DNA of 64,000 bases from Dehalococcoidia bacterium (GTDB taxonomy: Bacteria > Chloroflexota > Dehalococcoidia > UBA6926), in contig CAXXET010000006.1 in the NCBI GenBank assembly GCA_963666115.2, positions 160,001 to 224,000 on the forward strand, written 5' to 3'. The position numbers and the translations under genes are program-made. A model generated the notes under the pieces. It was not told where the DNA came from and ran no database searches. It saw only the letters and a program-made list of their open reading frames with translations. Below, one piece after another: positions 37,000 through 47,354 of the stretch (position 1 is its first letter; each line of letters begins with the position of its first letter).

Positions 37000-38088
37000 T
37001 CACTCATCGGCGAGCAGGAAGCAACTCGACGCCTTTACCACCGCCCACATCCGCGCTCCCTCGCGTATGCCCAGTTGGGTGATTGCGTGGCGCGTGACGT
37101 GGGAAACGAGGGTCAGGCCCGCGCCGCAGTCTACGGTTACGTCATGGCCGGGGGACCGCGGCTCGATGGCCGTGACGGTTCCGGCAAAGACGTTTCGGGC
37201 GGACAGCCCCTGCGGCTCGCTGTTGGCAAGGATGACGTCCGAGGAGCGGATGCCGACGGTGACCACGTCCCCCTGCCGCGCTTCGGCAAGCGGCGTTTCG
37301 AGGGTGAGCGGGGAATCATCAAGGGTCTCACAGAGCATCGCGCCGTCCTCGGGCTGGAGGCGGGCGACGCGCATCCGCAGGAGGTTCTCCACGCCGGACA
37401 GGCGGGCGATGCGCGGGGCGGCGGGCTGGCGAAGGGTTGCGACGGGATCACCCCCGGCGACGATGCGGCCGTTGTCGATGATCTGAACATGGTCTGCCAG
37501 CGCAAGCGCCTCCTCCGCGTCATGCGTCACGAGGATGACGGGCACGCGGGACGCGGTGAGGACCTGCCGGATCTCCTGGCGGACGGCGCGGCGGAGTTCG
37601 GAGTCGAGGGCGGCGAACGGCTCGTCGAGGAGGAGGACGCGGGGCCGGTTCGCCAATGCCCGCGCAAGGGCGACGCGCTGCCGTTGGCCGCCGGACAGTT
37701 CCCAGATGCGACGGCCCTGCAGCTCCTGGAGGTCAAGCGCGCGTGTGAGTTCGGCGGCGCGTGACTGGGAGGCGGGGTCGTGCGCGCCGTAGGCGATGTT
37801 GGCGGCCACCGTGAGATGGGGAAACAGGCCGTATTCCTGGGGCATGAGGCCGACGCGGCGGCGATGGGGCGGGGTCCAGAGACTTGCCGCGCTGTCAAAG
37901 ACGACCGCGCCGTCCAGCTCGATGCGTCCTTCGTCGGGTTGGACAAGGCCGGCGATGGCACGGAGGGTAAGGGACTTGCCCGCGCCGGAGGGGCCGTAGA
38001 GGACGGTGACCGTTCCGGGGTCAACGTCCCACGCGACGTCCAGCGAGAACGCGCCGATCCGGTGTCGAATCCATCCGCGGGCGCTCAT
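37000..38088 (-). CDS. modC: Molybdate ABC transporter ATPase
   Basis: GPSGAGKS, LSGGQRQRVALARAL, LLLDEPF, TOBE domain (SARN...AVVKAS). Confidence 0.92.
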   Translation of the reverse strand: MSARGWIRHRIGAFSLDVAWDVDPGTVTVLYGPSGAGKSLTLRAIAGLVQPDEGRIELDGAVVFDSAASLWTPPHRRRVGLMPQEYGLFPHLTVAANIAYGAHDPASQSRAAELTRALDLQELQGRRIWELSGGQRQRVALARALANRPRVLLLDEPFAALDSELRRAVRQEIRQVLTASRVPVILVTHDAEEALALADHVQIIDNGRIVAGGDPVATLRQPAAPRIARLSGVENLLRMRVARLQPEDGAMLCETLDDSPLTLETPLAEARQGDVVTVGIRSSDVILANSEPQGLSARNVFAGTVTAIEPRSPGHDVTVDCGAGLTLVSHVTRHAITQLGIREGARMWAVVKASSCFLLADE

Positions 38089-38885
38089 TCGAGCCTCCCG
38101 GCGGGCACGGCAGCGCGGGCGGCGGCCAGGGCAAGCACCAGCAAGACGATGATTGACGCGGCCACGAGGATGACGGCCAGGGCGAGGGCTGCGCCGACAT
38201 CGCTCTCCATCGCGCTCAGGATGGCGAGCGGCATAGTCTGGGTGCGTCCGGTGAGGTTGCCGGCGAACATGATCGTCGCGCCGAACTCGGAGATGGCGCG
38301 CGCCCACGAGAGGGCAAGACCGCCGACTAGCGACGGCCACGCCAGGGGAGCGGAGACACGCCAGAAGGTGCGCCACGGGGAGACGCCCAGGGTCTGGGAG
38401 ATTTCCTCCAGTTCGCGGGGCACGGCCTGGAACCCGAGTTTGGCGGCGCGGATGAAGAACGGGGCGGAGACGAATATCTGGGCGAGTATGACGGCGGCGG
38501 TGGTGAACGGCAGGCGGATGCCGGCGGCGTCGAGCGGGCCGCCCAGGATGCCCATGCGTCCAAAGGCCATGAGCATGGCCAAGCCCGCGACGACGGGCGG
38601 CAGGACCAGGGGAACGTCGATCAAGACATCTATGACGCGCGACGCGGGGCCTGAGCGGCGGGACAGGTAGCGAGCGATGGGGATGCCTGCTCCAACCACG
38701 ATGATCATGCTGATGAGGCTGGTGAGCAGCGAGAGGCGGAGGGCGGTGAGGGTGACGTCGGCGGTGAGGCTGTCCCAGAGGCTGCCTGCGGAGACGGCGC
38801 GGATGACGAGGGCTGTAAGAGGGAGGGCGATGAATGCGATGTAGATGAGGGTGAGGGCGCCGCCGGGGACTGTTGAGCGGTTCAT
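38085..38885 (-). CDS. modB: Molybdate ABC transporter permease
   Basis: PLVLPPVVAG, WARAISEFGATIMFAGN, TQTMPLAI. Confidence 0.94.
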   Translation of the reverse strand: MNRSTVPGGALTLIYIAFIALPLTALVIRAVSAGSLWDSLTADVTLTALRLSLLTSLISMIIVVGAGIPIARYLSRRSGPASRVIDVLIDVPLVLPPVVAGLAMLMAFGRMGILGGPLDAAGIRLPFTTAAVILAQIFVSAPFFIRAAKLGFQAVPRELEEISQTLGVSPWRTFWRVSAPLAWPSLVGGLALSWARAISEFGATIMFAGNLTGRTQTMPLAILSAMESDVGAALALAVILVAASIIVLLVLALAAARAAVPAGRLE

Positions 38886-39679
38886 GGCAGGAATCCGTGG
38901 GAGGTGAGGATTTGGCGGGCGGCGTCGGAGACGAGGAAGGTTAGGAATGCTTGGGCGGCGGGTTGGCGGGGGGAATCGGCCAGGATTGCGGCTACGTAGG
39001 TGATGTCAGCGGGGTTTTGGTCCGGGATTGCCAGGGAGCGGAGGCCGGCGTTGCGGAGATCGGAGCGGTAGACGAAACCGGCGTCGGCTTCGCCGAGCTG
39101 CACCTTTGCCAGGACGGCGCGGACGTTGGTTTCCTCGGACACTACGTTGGCGAGGACGGCGTCGTCGTATTCGGCAGGGAAACTCGATTGGCGCGCCATG
39201 TCTGCGAGGAGGGCACGGGCGTAGCGTCCGGCGGGCACGTCGGGGAGGGCAATCACGATTTGGACGCCGGGCTTCGCAAGGTCTTCCAGGGAGTGAATCG
39301 CTTGGTTTGAGTTGGCGAGGGCGACGACCATTTCGTTGGCGGCGACGTTGGCGGGTGACGAATCGGCGAGCAGGTGGGCAATTGCGTCGACGTGGCGGGG
39401 GTCTGCGGAGATGAAGACGTCGGCCTCGGCGCCCTCCTCGATCTGGGCGCGGAGGCGGGAGCTGGCGGCGAAGTGGGTTTCGATGATCACACCGTCATTT
39501 TCTGCTTCAAATGTTTCTGCCGCTTCGGTGAGGGCGTTTGTTAGGGATGATGCGGCGAATACGCGGAGGGCGGCGTCGTCATCCGGCCTGTCCGGGGCGC
39601 AGGCGGCGGAGAGGAGGAGGGCAAGGGCGGCCAGGGTGAGCATAAGCGGGTATGGGATATGGCGGGTTATGGTAGTCAC
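38882..39679 (-). CDS. modA: Molybdate ABC transporter substrate-binding lipoprotein
   Basis: Lipobox, VFAASSL, QIEEGAEADVFISA, VPAGRYA, GEADAGFVYRSD. Confidence 0.94.
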   Translation of the reverse strand: MTTITRHIPYPLMLTLAALALLLSAACAPDRPDDDAALRVFAASSLTNALTEAAETFEAENDGVIIETHFAASSRLRAQIEEGAEADVFISADPRHVDAIAHLLADSSPANVAANEMVVALANSNQAIHSLEDLAKPGVQIVIALPDVPAGRYARALLADMARQSSFPAEYDDAVLANVVSEETNVRAVLAKVQLGEADAGFVYRSDLRNAGLRSLAIPDQNPADITYVAAILADSPRQPAAQAFLTFLVSDAARQILTSHGFLP

Positions 39680-39707
39680 GGTGGTGGGTACAGTGTACCG
39701 CGCGTGC

Positions 39708-39766
39708 CCCTTCGACAGGCTCAGGGTGAACGGGGGTTAGATTCCCGCTTTCGCGGGAATGACGGA
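39708..39766. repeat. Palindromic repeat cluster (types C and A)
   Basis: Same two elements as 36055-36120, in swapped order. Confidence 0.85.
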
Positions 39767-39793
39767 GGGGGGTGGGTCGGGTATGATTTGGGT

Positions 39794-40585
39794 ATGAGTA
39801 CTACACTGCTTTCGTGGAATGTGAACGGGCTGCGGGCGGTCAACCGGAAGGGGGAATTTCCGGCGATATTGTCGAATGTCTCGCCGGACGTTCTGTGCAT
39901 CCAGGAGACGAAATCCCAGCCGGATCAACTCACGAAGGCCGTTCTGGAGGTTGCCGGGTACGAGGCGCATTTTGCCTCTGCGGAGCGCAAGGGGTATTCC
40001 GGGGTGGCGGTGTATACGAAGGCCGCGCCGAAGGACGTGTCCACCACGTTCGGGCCCGATAACCGCTGGGACAACGAGGGGCGCGTGCTGCGGCTGGATT
40101 ACGGCGAGTTCGTGCTGTTCAACGTGTATTTCCCCAACGGGCGCGCGTCCAAGGAGCGTCTTGCCTACAAGATGGAGTTCTACGACGCGTTTTTCGACCA
40201 TATCGAGTCCGAGAGGCGGGCGGGGAACAATATCGTGGTGTGCGGCGACGTGAATACGGCGCACCACGAGATCGACCTGGCGCGTCCAAAGGAGAACCAG
40301 AAGACGTCCGGGTTCCTGCCGGAGGAGCGGGCGTGGATGGACAAGCTGATGGGCAGCGGGTACGTGGACACGTTCCGCAGGTTCGTGCCGGATGAGAACG
40401 GGCACTATTCCTACTGGGACACGATGACGCGGGCACGGGAGCGCAACGTTGGGTGGCGGATCGATTACTTCTTCGTGAACGAGGAGTTGATGGATCGCGT
40501 GTCCAATGCGTTCATCCTGTCCGACGTCATGGGCTCCGATCACTGCCCGGTGGGCCTGGAACTGTCTTTTGACCTGGGGACATGA
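39794..40585 (+). CDS. xth: Exodeoxyribonuclease III
   Basis: SWNVNGLRA, IQETK, KGYSGVA, YFPNG, GDVNTAH, GWRIDYF, GSDHCPV. Confidence 0.96.
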   Translation: MSTTLLSWNVNGLRAVNRKGEFPAILSNVSPDVLCIQETKSQPDQLTKAVLEVAGYEAHFASAERKGYSGVAVYTKAAPKDVSTTFGPDNRWDNEGRVLRLDYGEFVLFNVYFPNGRASKERLAYKMEFYDAFFDHIESERRAGNNIVVCGDVNTAHHEIDLARPKENQKTSGFLPEERAWMDKLMGSGYVDTFRRFVPDENGHYSYWDTMTRARERNVGWRIDYFFVNEELMDRVSNAFILSDVMGSDHCPVGLELSFDLGT

Positions 40586-42066
40586 TTGTCCCCTCGCGCA
40601 GTCCCGAGCGCCACATCCGGCGCACGAAGATCATCGCCACGATTGGGCCCGCCTCAAGCGATGAGGGGACGCTGGCTCGCCTCATCGAGGCGGGCGTCGA
40701 TACCGTCAGGCTGAACTTTTCACACGGCACGCCGGATGAGCACGCGGACGTGGTGCGGCGAGTGCGCCGCATCGCCCAACAGACGGGCAGGGCGGTGGGC
40801 GTGCTGCAAGACCTGCAGGGGCCGCGTTTGCGAACCGGCACGTTGGCCGGCGGCGCCCCGGTGATGCTGGAGGACGGCGCTCCGTTCGTGCTGACGGCGC
40901 GGGATTTGCCGGACGGCACGGCGGGGGCGGTGTCCGTGAATCATCCGCATCTGCCGCAGGACGTGCGGCCCGGCGACAGGCTGCTGCTGGCGGACGGGGC
41001 GCTGGAGCTTGAGGTCGCGCGGAGCGACGACGATGACATTCATACGGTCGTCCTGCAGGGGGGCGAGCTTGGCGAGCGGAAGGGCATCAACGCGCCGAAC
41101 ATCAACGTGAGCGTGGCGTCGCCGACAGAGAAGGACCGGGAGGATATGGCGCGCGGCGTGACGATGGGCGTGGACCACGTGGCGCTGTCCTTCGTGCGGA
41201 CGCCGGAGGAGATCGAGGCGGCGCGAGCCATGCTGCGCGAGCTGGGCGCGCCGCATATGTCGATCATCCCCAAGATCGAGCGGTCGGAGGCACTGGACAA
41301 TATCGACGCGATACTTGGGGTGTGCGACGCGGCCATGCTGGCGCGCGGCGACCTCGGGGTCGATCTCGGCGTGGAGCGTGTTCCCATCATCCAGAAGTCC
41401 GTTGTCCACCGCGCGAACCATCGACGCGTGCCGGTGATCGTGGCGACGCAGATGCTGGAATCGATGATCGACAATCGCCGTCCAACGCGGGCGGAGGCGT
41501 CGGACGTGGCCAACGCGGTGCTGGAGGGGGCGGACGCGGTGATGTTAAGCGGGGAGACGTCGATTGGACAGTTCCCGGTGGAATCGGTGCGGACGATGGA
41601 CCGCATCATCCGGGAGGTTGAGATGAGCGACGAGTACCTGGATGTATCGCGGCGGGCGGCGGCGGATTCGGGCGGGCCGGGGACGGACCGAAAGATTGCG
41701 CGCGCCGTGGTGAGCCTGCTCTCCGACATTGGGGCCGCTGCCGTGATCGTCTTTTCACCGGACGATCTGATGCCGGAAATGCTTTCCCTGGAGCGCCCGT
41801 CTGCGCCCGTCATCGCCTTTACGGACAGCCGCGTGCTCTACCGGCGGATGGCGTTGTGGCACGCGATTCAGCCGCAGTGGGGGCTGCGGTACGACGACAC
41901 GGACGCGCTGGTCCAGTACATGCTGGCGGAATCGCGGGATCGGGGGCTTGTGCAGGCCGGGGATGAGGTTGTGGTGGCGCGGCTTGCGCCGCATGACATG
42001 GCCGACGCGCCCAATTTTATTTCCGTGCTGCGGATTCCCGAGGCGCAGCTGGGGCCGCGCAGTTGA
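40582..42066 (+). CDS. pyk: Pyruvate kinase
   Basis: TKIIATIGPAS, RLNFSHG, DLQGP, KIE, ARGDLG, ATQMLESM, PTRAE, MLSGET. Confidence 0.96.
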   Translation: MIVPSRSPERHIRRTKIIATIGPASSDEGTLARLIEAGVDTVRLNFSHGTPDEHADVVRRVRRIAQQTGRAVGVLQDLQGPRLRTGTLAGGAPVMLEDGAPFVLTARDLPDGTAGAVSVNHPHLPQDVRPGDRLLLADGALELEVARSDDDDIHTVVLQGGELGERKGINAPNINVSVASPTEKDREDMARGVTMGVDHVALSFVRTPEEIEAARAMLRELGAPHMSIIPKIERSEALDNIDAILGVCDAAMLARGDLGVDLGVERVPIIQKSVVHRANHRRVPVIVATQMLESMIDNRRPTRAEASDVANAVLEGADAVMLSGETSIGQFPVESVRTMDRIIREVEMSDEYLDVSRRAAADSGGPGTDRKIARAVVSLLSDIGAAAVIVFSPDDLMPEMLSLERPSAPVIAFTDSRVLYRRMALWHAIQPQWGLRYDDTDALVQYMLAESRDRGLVQAGDEVVVARLAPHDMADAPNFISVLRIPEAQLGPRS

Positions 42067-42082
42067 CATGGGGAATGAGGCT

Positions 42083-43576
42083 ATGAGCAGCGAACAGGAC
42101 GAACGCGCCGCGCAGACGCATTTTGACTCACGGTCGGCCAAGCTGGAGCGGCTGCGCGAGCGGGGCATCGACCCGTATCCGCGCCGTACCGAGAGGACAC
42201 ACACGGCTGTGGAGGCGCGGGAGCTCTTCGAGGCAGATGAGACCACGGAGCACAGCGTCGCCGTCGTCGGGCGGCTGATGACAATCCGGGGAATGGGGCG
42301 GCTGACTTTTGCCACGCTACGGGACGGCAGCGGGGAGATACAGGTCAGCTTCGCGCGGGATCGACTCGGAACGGACGATTACCAGGCGCTCAAGGAGCTT
42401 GATCTTGGCGATTTTCTGGGCGTTGCGGGGACGCTGTACCGGACGCGAACGGAGGAGATTACGGTCCAGGCCGAATCGTATTCCGTGCTGGCCAAGGCGC
42501 TGCGCCCGCCGCCGGAGAAGTGGCACGGGCTGCGGAACGTGGAGCAGCGGTACCGGCAGCGCTACCTGGATTTGATGGCGAACGACGAGGCGCGCGAGAT
42601 TTTTAAACATCGCAGCAACGTGGTTTCCGCAATACGACGGTTTATGGAGGAGCGGGGGTTCATCGAGGCCGAGACGCCGGTGCTTGTGCCGGTGGCGGCG
42701 GGGGCGATGGCCGCGCCGTTCGTCACGAAACACAACGCGCTGGACCGGCAGCTTTTCCTGCGCATTGCGACGGAGTTGAATCTCAAGAAGCTGCTGGTTG
42801 GCGGATTCGAGAGGGTGTTTGAGATTGGGCGCATCTTTCGGAATGAGGGAATCGACGCGGCGCACAACCCGGAATTCACGACGATGGAGTCGTATGAGGC
42901 GTATGCGTCGTACACGGACGTGATGGAGATGGTGGAATCGTTGGTCCATCACGTGTGCGTGCTCGTTCATGGCCGGGGGGCGGTGACTTACGACGGGCAG
43001 GAGATCGACCTGACGCCGCCGTGGCAGCGGCTCTCGCTGATTGACGCGATACGGGAACAGAGCGGGATCGATCTGCTGGATGACGCGATGAGGACGGCGG
43101 ATGGACTGCGGGTCGCCATGCGTGAGCGGGGGCTGACGCCGGCGGAGGATTCTTCGTGGCCGCAGCTGGCGGACAAACTGATCGGCGACCTTGTTGAGCC
43201 GCGGCTGATTCAGCCGACGTTCCTGCTGGATTATCCGATTGAGATGACGCCGCTGGCCAAGGCGACGGAGAGGGACGCGCGGCTGGTGGAGCGGTTCGAG
43301 GGATTCATCGGCGGGATGGAGGTTGCCAACTCGTTCACGGAGCTCAATGACCCCATTGAGCAGGCGGCGCGGCTGCGTGTGCAAGAAGAGAATCGAGAAC
43401 AGTTTAGAGACGAAGATTTTGACCGGCTGGATGAGGATTTCGTCACGGCGGTTGAGCACGGGATGCCGCCGGCCGGCGGGCTTGGGCTAGGCATCGACCG
43501 GATTGTGATGATCCTGACGGGGCAGATGACGATACGCGAGGTGGTGCTGTTTCCGCAGCTGCGGAGTTTGGAGTGA
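42083..43576 (+). CDS. lysS: Lysine--tRNA ligase (class II)
   Basis: RYRQRYLDL, LRIATEL, FRNEG...HNPEFT, ELNDP, GLGIDR; alternative start at 42068. Confidence 0.97.
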   Translation: MSSEQDERAAQTHFDSRSAKLERLRERGIDPYPRRTERTHTAVEARELFEADETTEHSVAVVGRLMTIRGMGRLTFATLRDGSGEIQVSFARDRLGTDDYQALKELDLGDFLGVAGTLYRTRTEEITVQAESYSVLAKALRPPPEKWHGLRNVEQRYRQRYLDLMANDEAREIFKHRSNVVSAIRRFMEERGFIEAETPVLVPVAAGAMAAPFVTKHNALDRQLFLRIATELNLKKLLVGGFERVFEIGRIFRNEGIDAAHNPEFTTMESYEAYASYTDVMEMVESLVHHVCVLVHGRGAVTYDGQEIDLTPPWQRLSLIDAIREQSGIDLLDDAMRTADGLRVAMRERGLTPAEDSSWPQLADKLIGDLVEPRLIQPTFLLDYPIEMTPLAKATERDARLVERFEGFIGGMEVANSFTELNDPIEQAARLRVQEENREQFRDEDFDRLDEDFVTAVEHGMPPAGGLGLGIDRIVMILTGQMTIREVVLFPQLRSLE

Positions 43577-43632
43577 GTTGACCCTCCCCCACAAGAGGGA
43601 GGGGATGAGTAGACTGGTTGCGGGAACGCCTG

Positions 43633-45240
43633 ATGGCACATCAAAAGTTCAATCGGCTCGTCAGCCGCCCAGCAGCGCGTTTTTGGTTGCTGGGCGTGGC
43701 GCTGGCCGGTCTCATTGTCATCGCAGGCTGCAACTCCCAACCGGAACCAACGCCGACACAACAGGCACCGACTCGCATGCTTGGTTCGGGCACTAGTTAC
43801 TATGGTGTGGCCTCCGTGGAGGAAACGATAGCGTTGGCGGATGTTATCGCCCGGGTGCGGTTGCTCTCAGTGACTGCGGTGGCGGAACAAGAGACGGGAC
43901 AGACTGACTTTATCGCCGCACTGGACTACCGGTTCCAGGTGTTGGAATACCTGAGAGGGAACGGCAGCAGCGAGCTCGTGGCGGTGGTCGATGACTTTGC
44001 GGAAACCTTTAGCGGCAGCGGAAGCGCCGTCACACGGGCACGGGCCCTGAAGGACAGGCGGGACACGCAGTGGGACGGCAGGGAAGCAATCATCTTTCTC
44101 TTGGACGACGTGCACCTGTTGCCTAGCACCAGCCGGGCGGACCGGTATTGGCTGGGTGCGCTATCCTTCCACAATCCGTGGGAAGACTACTACACGATAG
44201 CGAGTCGATGGGGAAAGAAATGGCTGCCTGCCGCTTCCTCCGGTGCAGCCGGAGCATCCATCGGCTCGGATACCCAACGCTTCCTGCTGGATGCGCCCGC
44301 AGCCTCCAGTGGGGCATCTGGGGCGTCAGGTCAGTCCGGTACCACGCCAACCGTCACGCTGTCCGATTTGAAGGTGAAGATTGCGGCCAACGACCGCGAA
44401 ATCCTAGCAGGAGGCGGCTCTGAGGAGTACAAAAACTGCCTTTACCAGAAGCTCAAGCAGGCGCGTGAGGCACAGTATGAGTTGGCTAGGATAGTCGATC
44501 TCGGCGGCCAGGGTTACTATTACAAACGCCATGATGCCGCCCTCGGCGCAGGCTTGCCTGAAGGAACGATGGCGTTCACTGACCCGGCGTATAGCGGGTT
44601 TCCGGCAACCCCGCCGCCTGATGTCGGCGATGTTCAGCTTACAGGCAGAGACGCGGCCCTGTTTAGAACGAGATGGCCGGTGATTCTGGACACGATGCGC
44701 CCCCTGCCCGCAGGAGAGTACAAGACCTATTTGGCCCCTCGTCCAAAGGAGTACATCATCTGCGACGGGGTGCCCGACTTGGAAAAGAAACGGCAAGAGT
44801 TGTTCCTGACCGTTACCGCCCCTACCGGCACGCTGCATGAGGCGTTCTTCGACCCAACAACCATTGGCACGGCCATCGGTTCGGACGCCACGAACGGGGT
44901 GTTGAAGCCCAATACGTTCACCACGTCCGCCAATACGACTACGACGCTTCACTCCATCGACTACTCTGGCAGCAACGTTCGGATGCTGTTCTCCCAGACG
45001 ACCGATCTTTCCGATAAGGAGGTCGAGTTCATCATGCTGGACGGAACGGTCGGGCTGCGTGTGCCGTTCTCTTCGGCGACGACGGAGGCGGTTGCATCTC
45101 AGGGGACGCGCTATTCCTGGGAGACGTGTTCCGCGCCGTGGGCGGCGGGCGCAAAGATCATGATCCGCATCCGAACCAAGTCTTCCAGCAGCGCCTCCAC
45201 GCCGACGTGCATCAGCGTCACGCCGACACCGGGGCTTTAG
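43633..45240 (+). CDS. Hypothetical lipoprotein
   Basis: Lipobox IAGC, PEPTPT linker, Gly/Ala/Ser-rich linkers, beta-rich C-terminus. Confidence 0.7.
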   Translation: MAHQKFNRLVSRPAARFWLLGVALAGLIVIAGCNSQPEPTPTQQAPTRMLGSGTSYYGVASVEETIALADVIARVRLLSVTAVAEQETGQTDFIAALDYRFQVLEYLRGNGSSELVAVVDDFAETFSGSGSAVTRARALKDRRDTQWDGREAIIFLLDDVHLLPSTSRADRYWLGALSFHNPWEDYYTIASRWGKKWLPAASSGAAGASIGSDTQRFLLDAPAASSGASGASGQSGTTPTVTLSDLKVKIAANDREILAGGGSEEYKNCLYQKLKQAREAQYELARIVDLGGQGYYYKRHDAALGAGLPEGTMAFTDPAYSGFPATPPPDVGDVQLTGRDAALFRTRWPVILDTMRPLPAGEYKTYLAPRPKEYIICDGVPDLEKKRQELFLTVTAPTGTLHEAFFDPTTIGTAIGSDATNGVLKPNTFTTSANTTTTLHSIDYSGSNVRMLFSQTTDLSDKEVEFIMLDGTVGLRVPFSSATTEAVASQGTRYSWETCSAPWAAGAKIMIRIRTKSSSSASTPTCISVTPTPGL

Positions 45241-45433
45241 ATTCTTCGGCTCCGCTGCGCTGCGCTCAGAATGACAGGGGAGTGGCGGCGCTGTGGGCTA
45301 CGGGATGGATTCCGGCCTTCGCCGGAATGACGGAGGCGGGGCGGAATGACGGGGTAGGGGAATTGTGGCGCTGTGGGCCAGGGGATGGATTCCGGCCTTC
45401 GCCGGAATGACGGAGGAGGGGGCGGAATGACGG
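45238..45433. repeat. Palindromic repeat cluster (type B plus an 80-bp-period duplication of a type A variant)
   Basis: TAGATTCTTCGG...CTGCGCTCAGAATGAC, then two copies of GGATGGATTCCGGCCTTCGCCGGAATGACGG-N-GGCGGAATGACGG. Confidence 0.85.
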
Positions 45434-45454
45434 ATGGGACTTCATACTGTGTAG

Positions 45455-47143
45455 ATGAGGTTGTTTGTCCTTTTTGTTCTCTGTTGTGTCGTGATGGTTG
45501 GGTGCAATGGCAGCGCCACCGCGACGCCACAGTCACGCTCTGAATCGTCCCCGATTCCGGGTGAGGACACGCCGACGTATGGCGGGGTGTTGACTCTGGC
45601 GAACCGGGGCGATCCGCCGGCGGCGTTCGATACGATGCGGACGTCCAGCATCGCTTTGCACCACGTCGGCGGGGCGCTGTTCGGCGCGGGCAACCTGGTG
45701 CGGCGGTGCAGGGAGAACATGTACCTTGCCTGCCCGGACCTGGCGTCAAGTTGGCTTGCGAATCCCGGCTTTACCGAGTGGGAATTCGCGATTCGCCGTG
45801 ACGTGACGTGGCATGACGGCGAGCCGTTCACGGCAGAGGACGCCAAATTCTGGTTCGATCTGGCGGCGAACGGGTGGGAATCGGACGGCGTCCCGGTCCG
45901 CGCGCCTGCCTATTTCCGCGGCGAGCTCGGCGAGATTGAGTCGGTTGAGGTCCTGGAGTTCAACCGGCTGCGCGTGACGCTCGCGGAGCCGAACCCGCAC
46001 TATCTGTCCGTGCTGGCCAACCCACGCCTGCGCATCGCTCACCCGAAGCACGTTTTTGAGCCGCTGTTCGAGGATGGAGAGTACAGCGCCGGGCCGCTGG
46101 ATGTCGGCGTTGTCGGCACGGGGCCGTTCCGGCTTGATCGCTATGAGCCGGGCAGCCTGATCCGCGTTGTTCGGAACGATGACTACTGGGAGCGCGGCGC
46201 GGGCGGCGATCTGCCATATCTGGACGGCATCGACTATGTGATCATGCCCAATCCGACGGCGATGGACGCGGCGTTTCGGACGGGGCGGATCGACGGCGGG
46301 GCGCGGGGGGAGGGACATTACCTGACGCAGGAGCGCAAGGCGGCCATCGACGCGCAGTTGGGGCCGGACGAGGTCTTCTACGGGGAGATGCAGGGCGGGA
46401 TGTTCCGGCTGGGTTTCAACGCGCTGCGCGAGGGGCCGTGGCAGGATGCGCGGGTGCGGCAGGCGATCTCACTGTGGATCGACCGCGAGGCAGCCATTCC
46501 GACGGTGCTGGGCGGGTTCGGTTATATCTCTCCCACGTTCAGCCCGGCCAACCCGTTCACGTCGGCGGATTTCACGACGTGGCAACGGTTCAATCGCGGG
46601 GCGTTGGAGGAGCGGCGAGCGGAGGCCATCGCCCTGATGGAGGAGGCGGGTCATGGGGACGGCTTCGAGATGGGCTACCTATGCCGCGCCCGCCTGACGG
46701 CCCGCTGCGAGTTCCTGCACAACCAACTGGCCGGGCTCGCCATCGATCTCCGGATAGAGCTGGTGGACGAGGCAGAGTGGAATCGCGGGCGAGTGAGCCT
46801 GGATTACGATTCCCAGCCCGGCTCCAACTTCACGTCGCCGATACCGGAGGGCACGGAGGCGGCGTACGGGGTGTACAGCCGGTTTCCCGATGCCTATGCC
46901 AAGCACGAGGATGCCTTTGTCACGACGCTCTACGAGGAATTGCGGGCGACGCGGACGCACCGGCAGCGGGTGACGGCGTGGCGTGAACTGGAAAGCTACG
47001 TGGTGCGGGAGCAGACGTACGTCGTGCCGATCGCGGGCAGCATACAGGTCGTTCCTTACCGGACGCACGTGAGGGGGCTGGTGATTCCGCCGGAGGACGG
47101 GCATACGCATACGGACTTCGCGACGGTGTGGGTGGATCGGTAA
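45455..47143 (+). CDS. Peptide/nickel-type ABC transporter substrate-binding lipoprotein (family 5)
   Basis: Lipobox VGC, PTYGG, WHDGEPFTAED, GTGPF, PYLDGI, DARVRQAI. Confidence 0.9.
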   Translation: MRLFVLFVLCCVVMVGCNGSATATPQSRSESSPIPGEDTPTYGGVLTLANRGDPPAAFDTMRTSSIALHHVGGALFGAGNLVRRCRENMYLACPDLASSWLANPGFTEWEFAIRRDVTWHDGEPFTAEDAKFWFDLAANGWESDGVPVRAPAYFRGELGEIESVEVLEFNRLRVTLAEPNPHYLSVLANPRLRIAHPKHVFEPLFEDGEYSAGPLDVGVVGTGPFRLDRYEPGSLIRVVRNDDYWERGAGGDLPYLDGIDYVIMPNPTAMDAAFRTGRIDGGARGEGHYLTQERKAAIDAQLGPDEVFYGEMQGGMFRLGFNALREGPWQDARVRQAISLWIDREAAIPTVLGGFGYISPTFSPANPFTSADFTTWQRFNRGALEERRAEAIALMEEAGHGDGFEMGYLCRARLTARCEFLHNQLAGLAIDLRIELVDEAEWNRGRVSLDYDSQPGSNFTSPIPEGTEAAYGVYSRFPDAYAKHEDAFVTTLYEELRATRTHRQRVTAWRELESYVVREQTYVVPIAGSIQVVPYRTHVRGLVIPPEDGHTHTDFATVWVDR

Positions 47144-47148
47144 GGGTG

Positions 47149-47354
47149 AAGGAAACTTTTGGGGGGATTTGTTTGGTTGGGGCGGGGGAAAGTATACGGA
47201 CGTTAAGTTTGGGGGAGGCGAAAGAACATTTTGGTGGGATTTGTTTGGTTGGGGTGGGGGAAAGTATACGGGAGTTAAGTTCGAGGGGGCCGAAGGAACA
47301 TTTTAGGGCGATTCTGTTACAATGATGCCCCGATAGTACGAAAGGACGCTAACG
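47149..47354 (+). repeat. 72-bp tandem repeat (two full copies plus a diverged third) upstream of fic
   Basis: 47149-47220 and 47221-47292 share GGGATTTGTTTGGTTGGGG-GGGGGAAAGTATACGG-GTTAAGTT; the third copy begins AAGGAACATTTT at 47293. Confidence 0.8.

Noticed and set aside
45238-47354. Repeat clusters as a possible CRISPR array
   Set aside because: Only 2-3 units, no unique equal-length spacers and no cas genes; these are REP-like palindromes and a tandem duplication.
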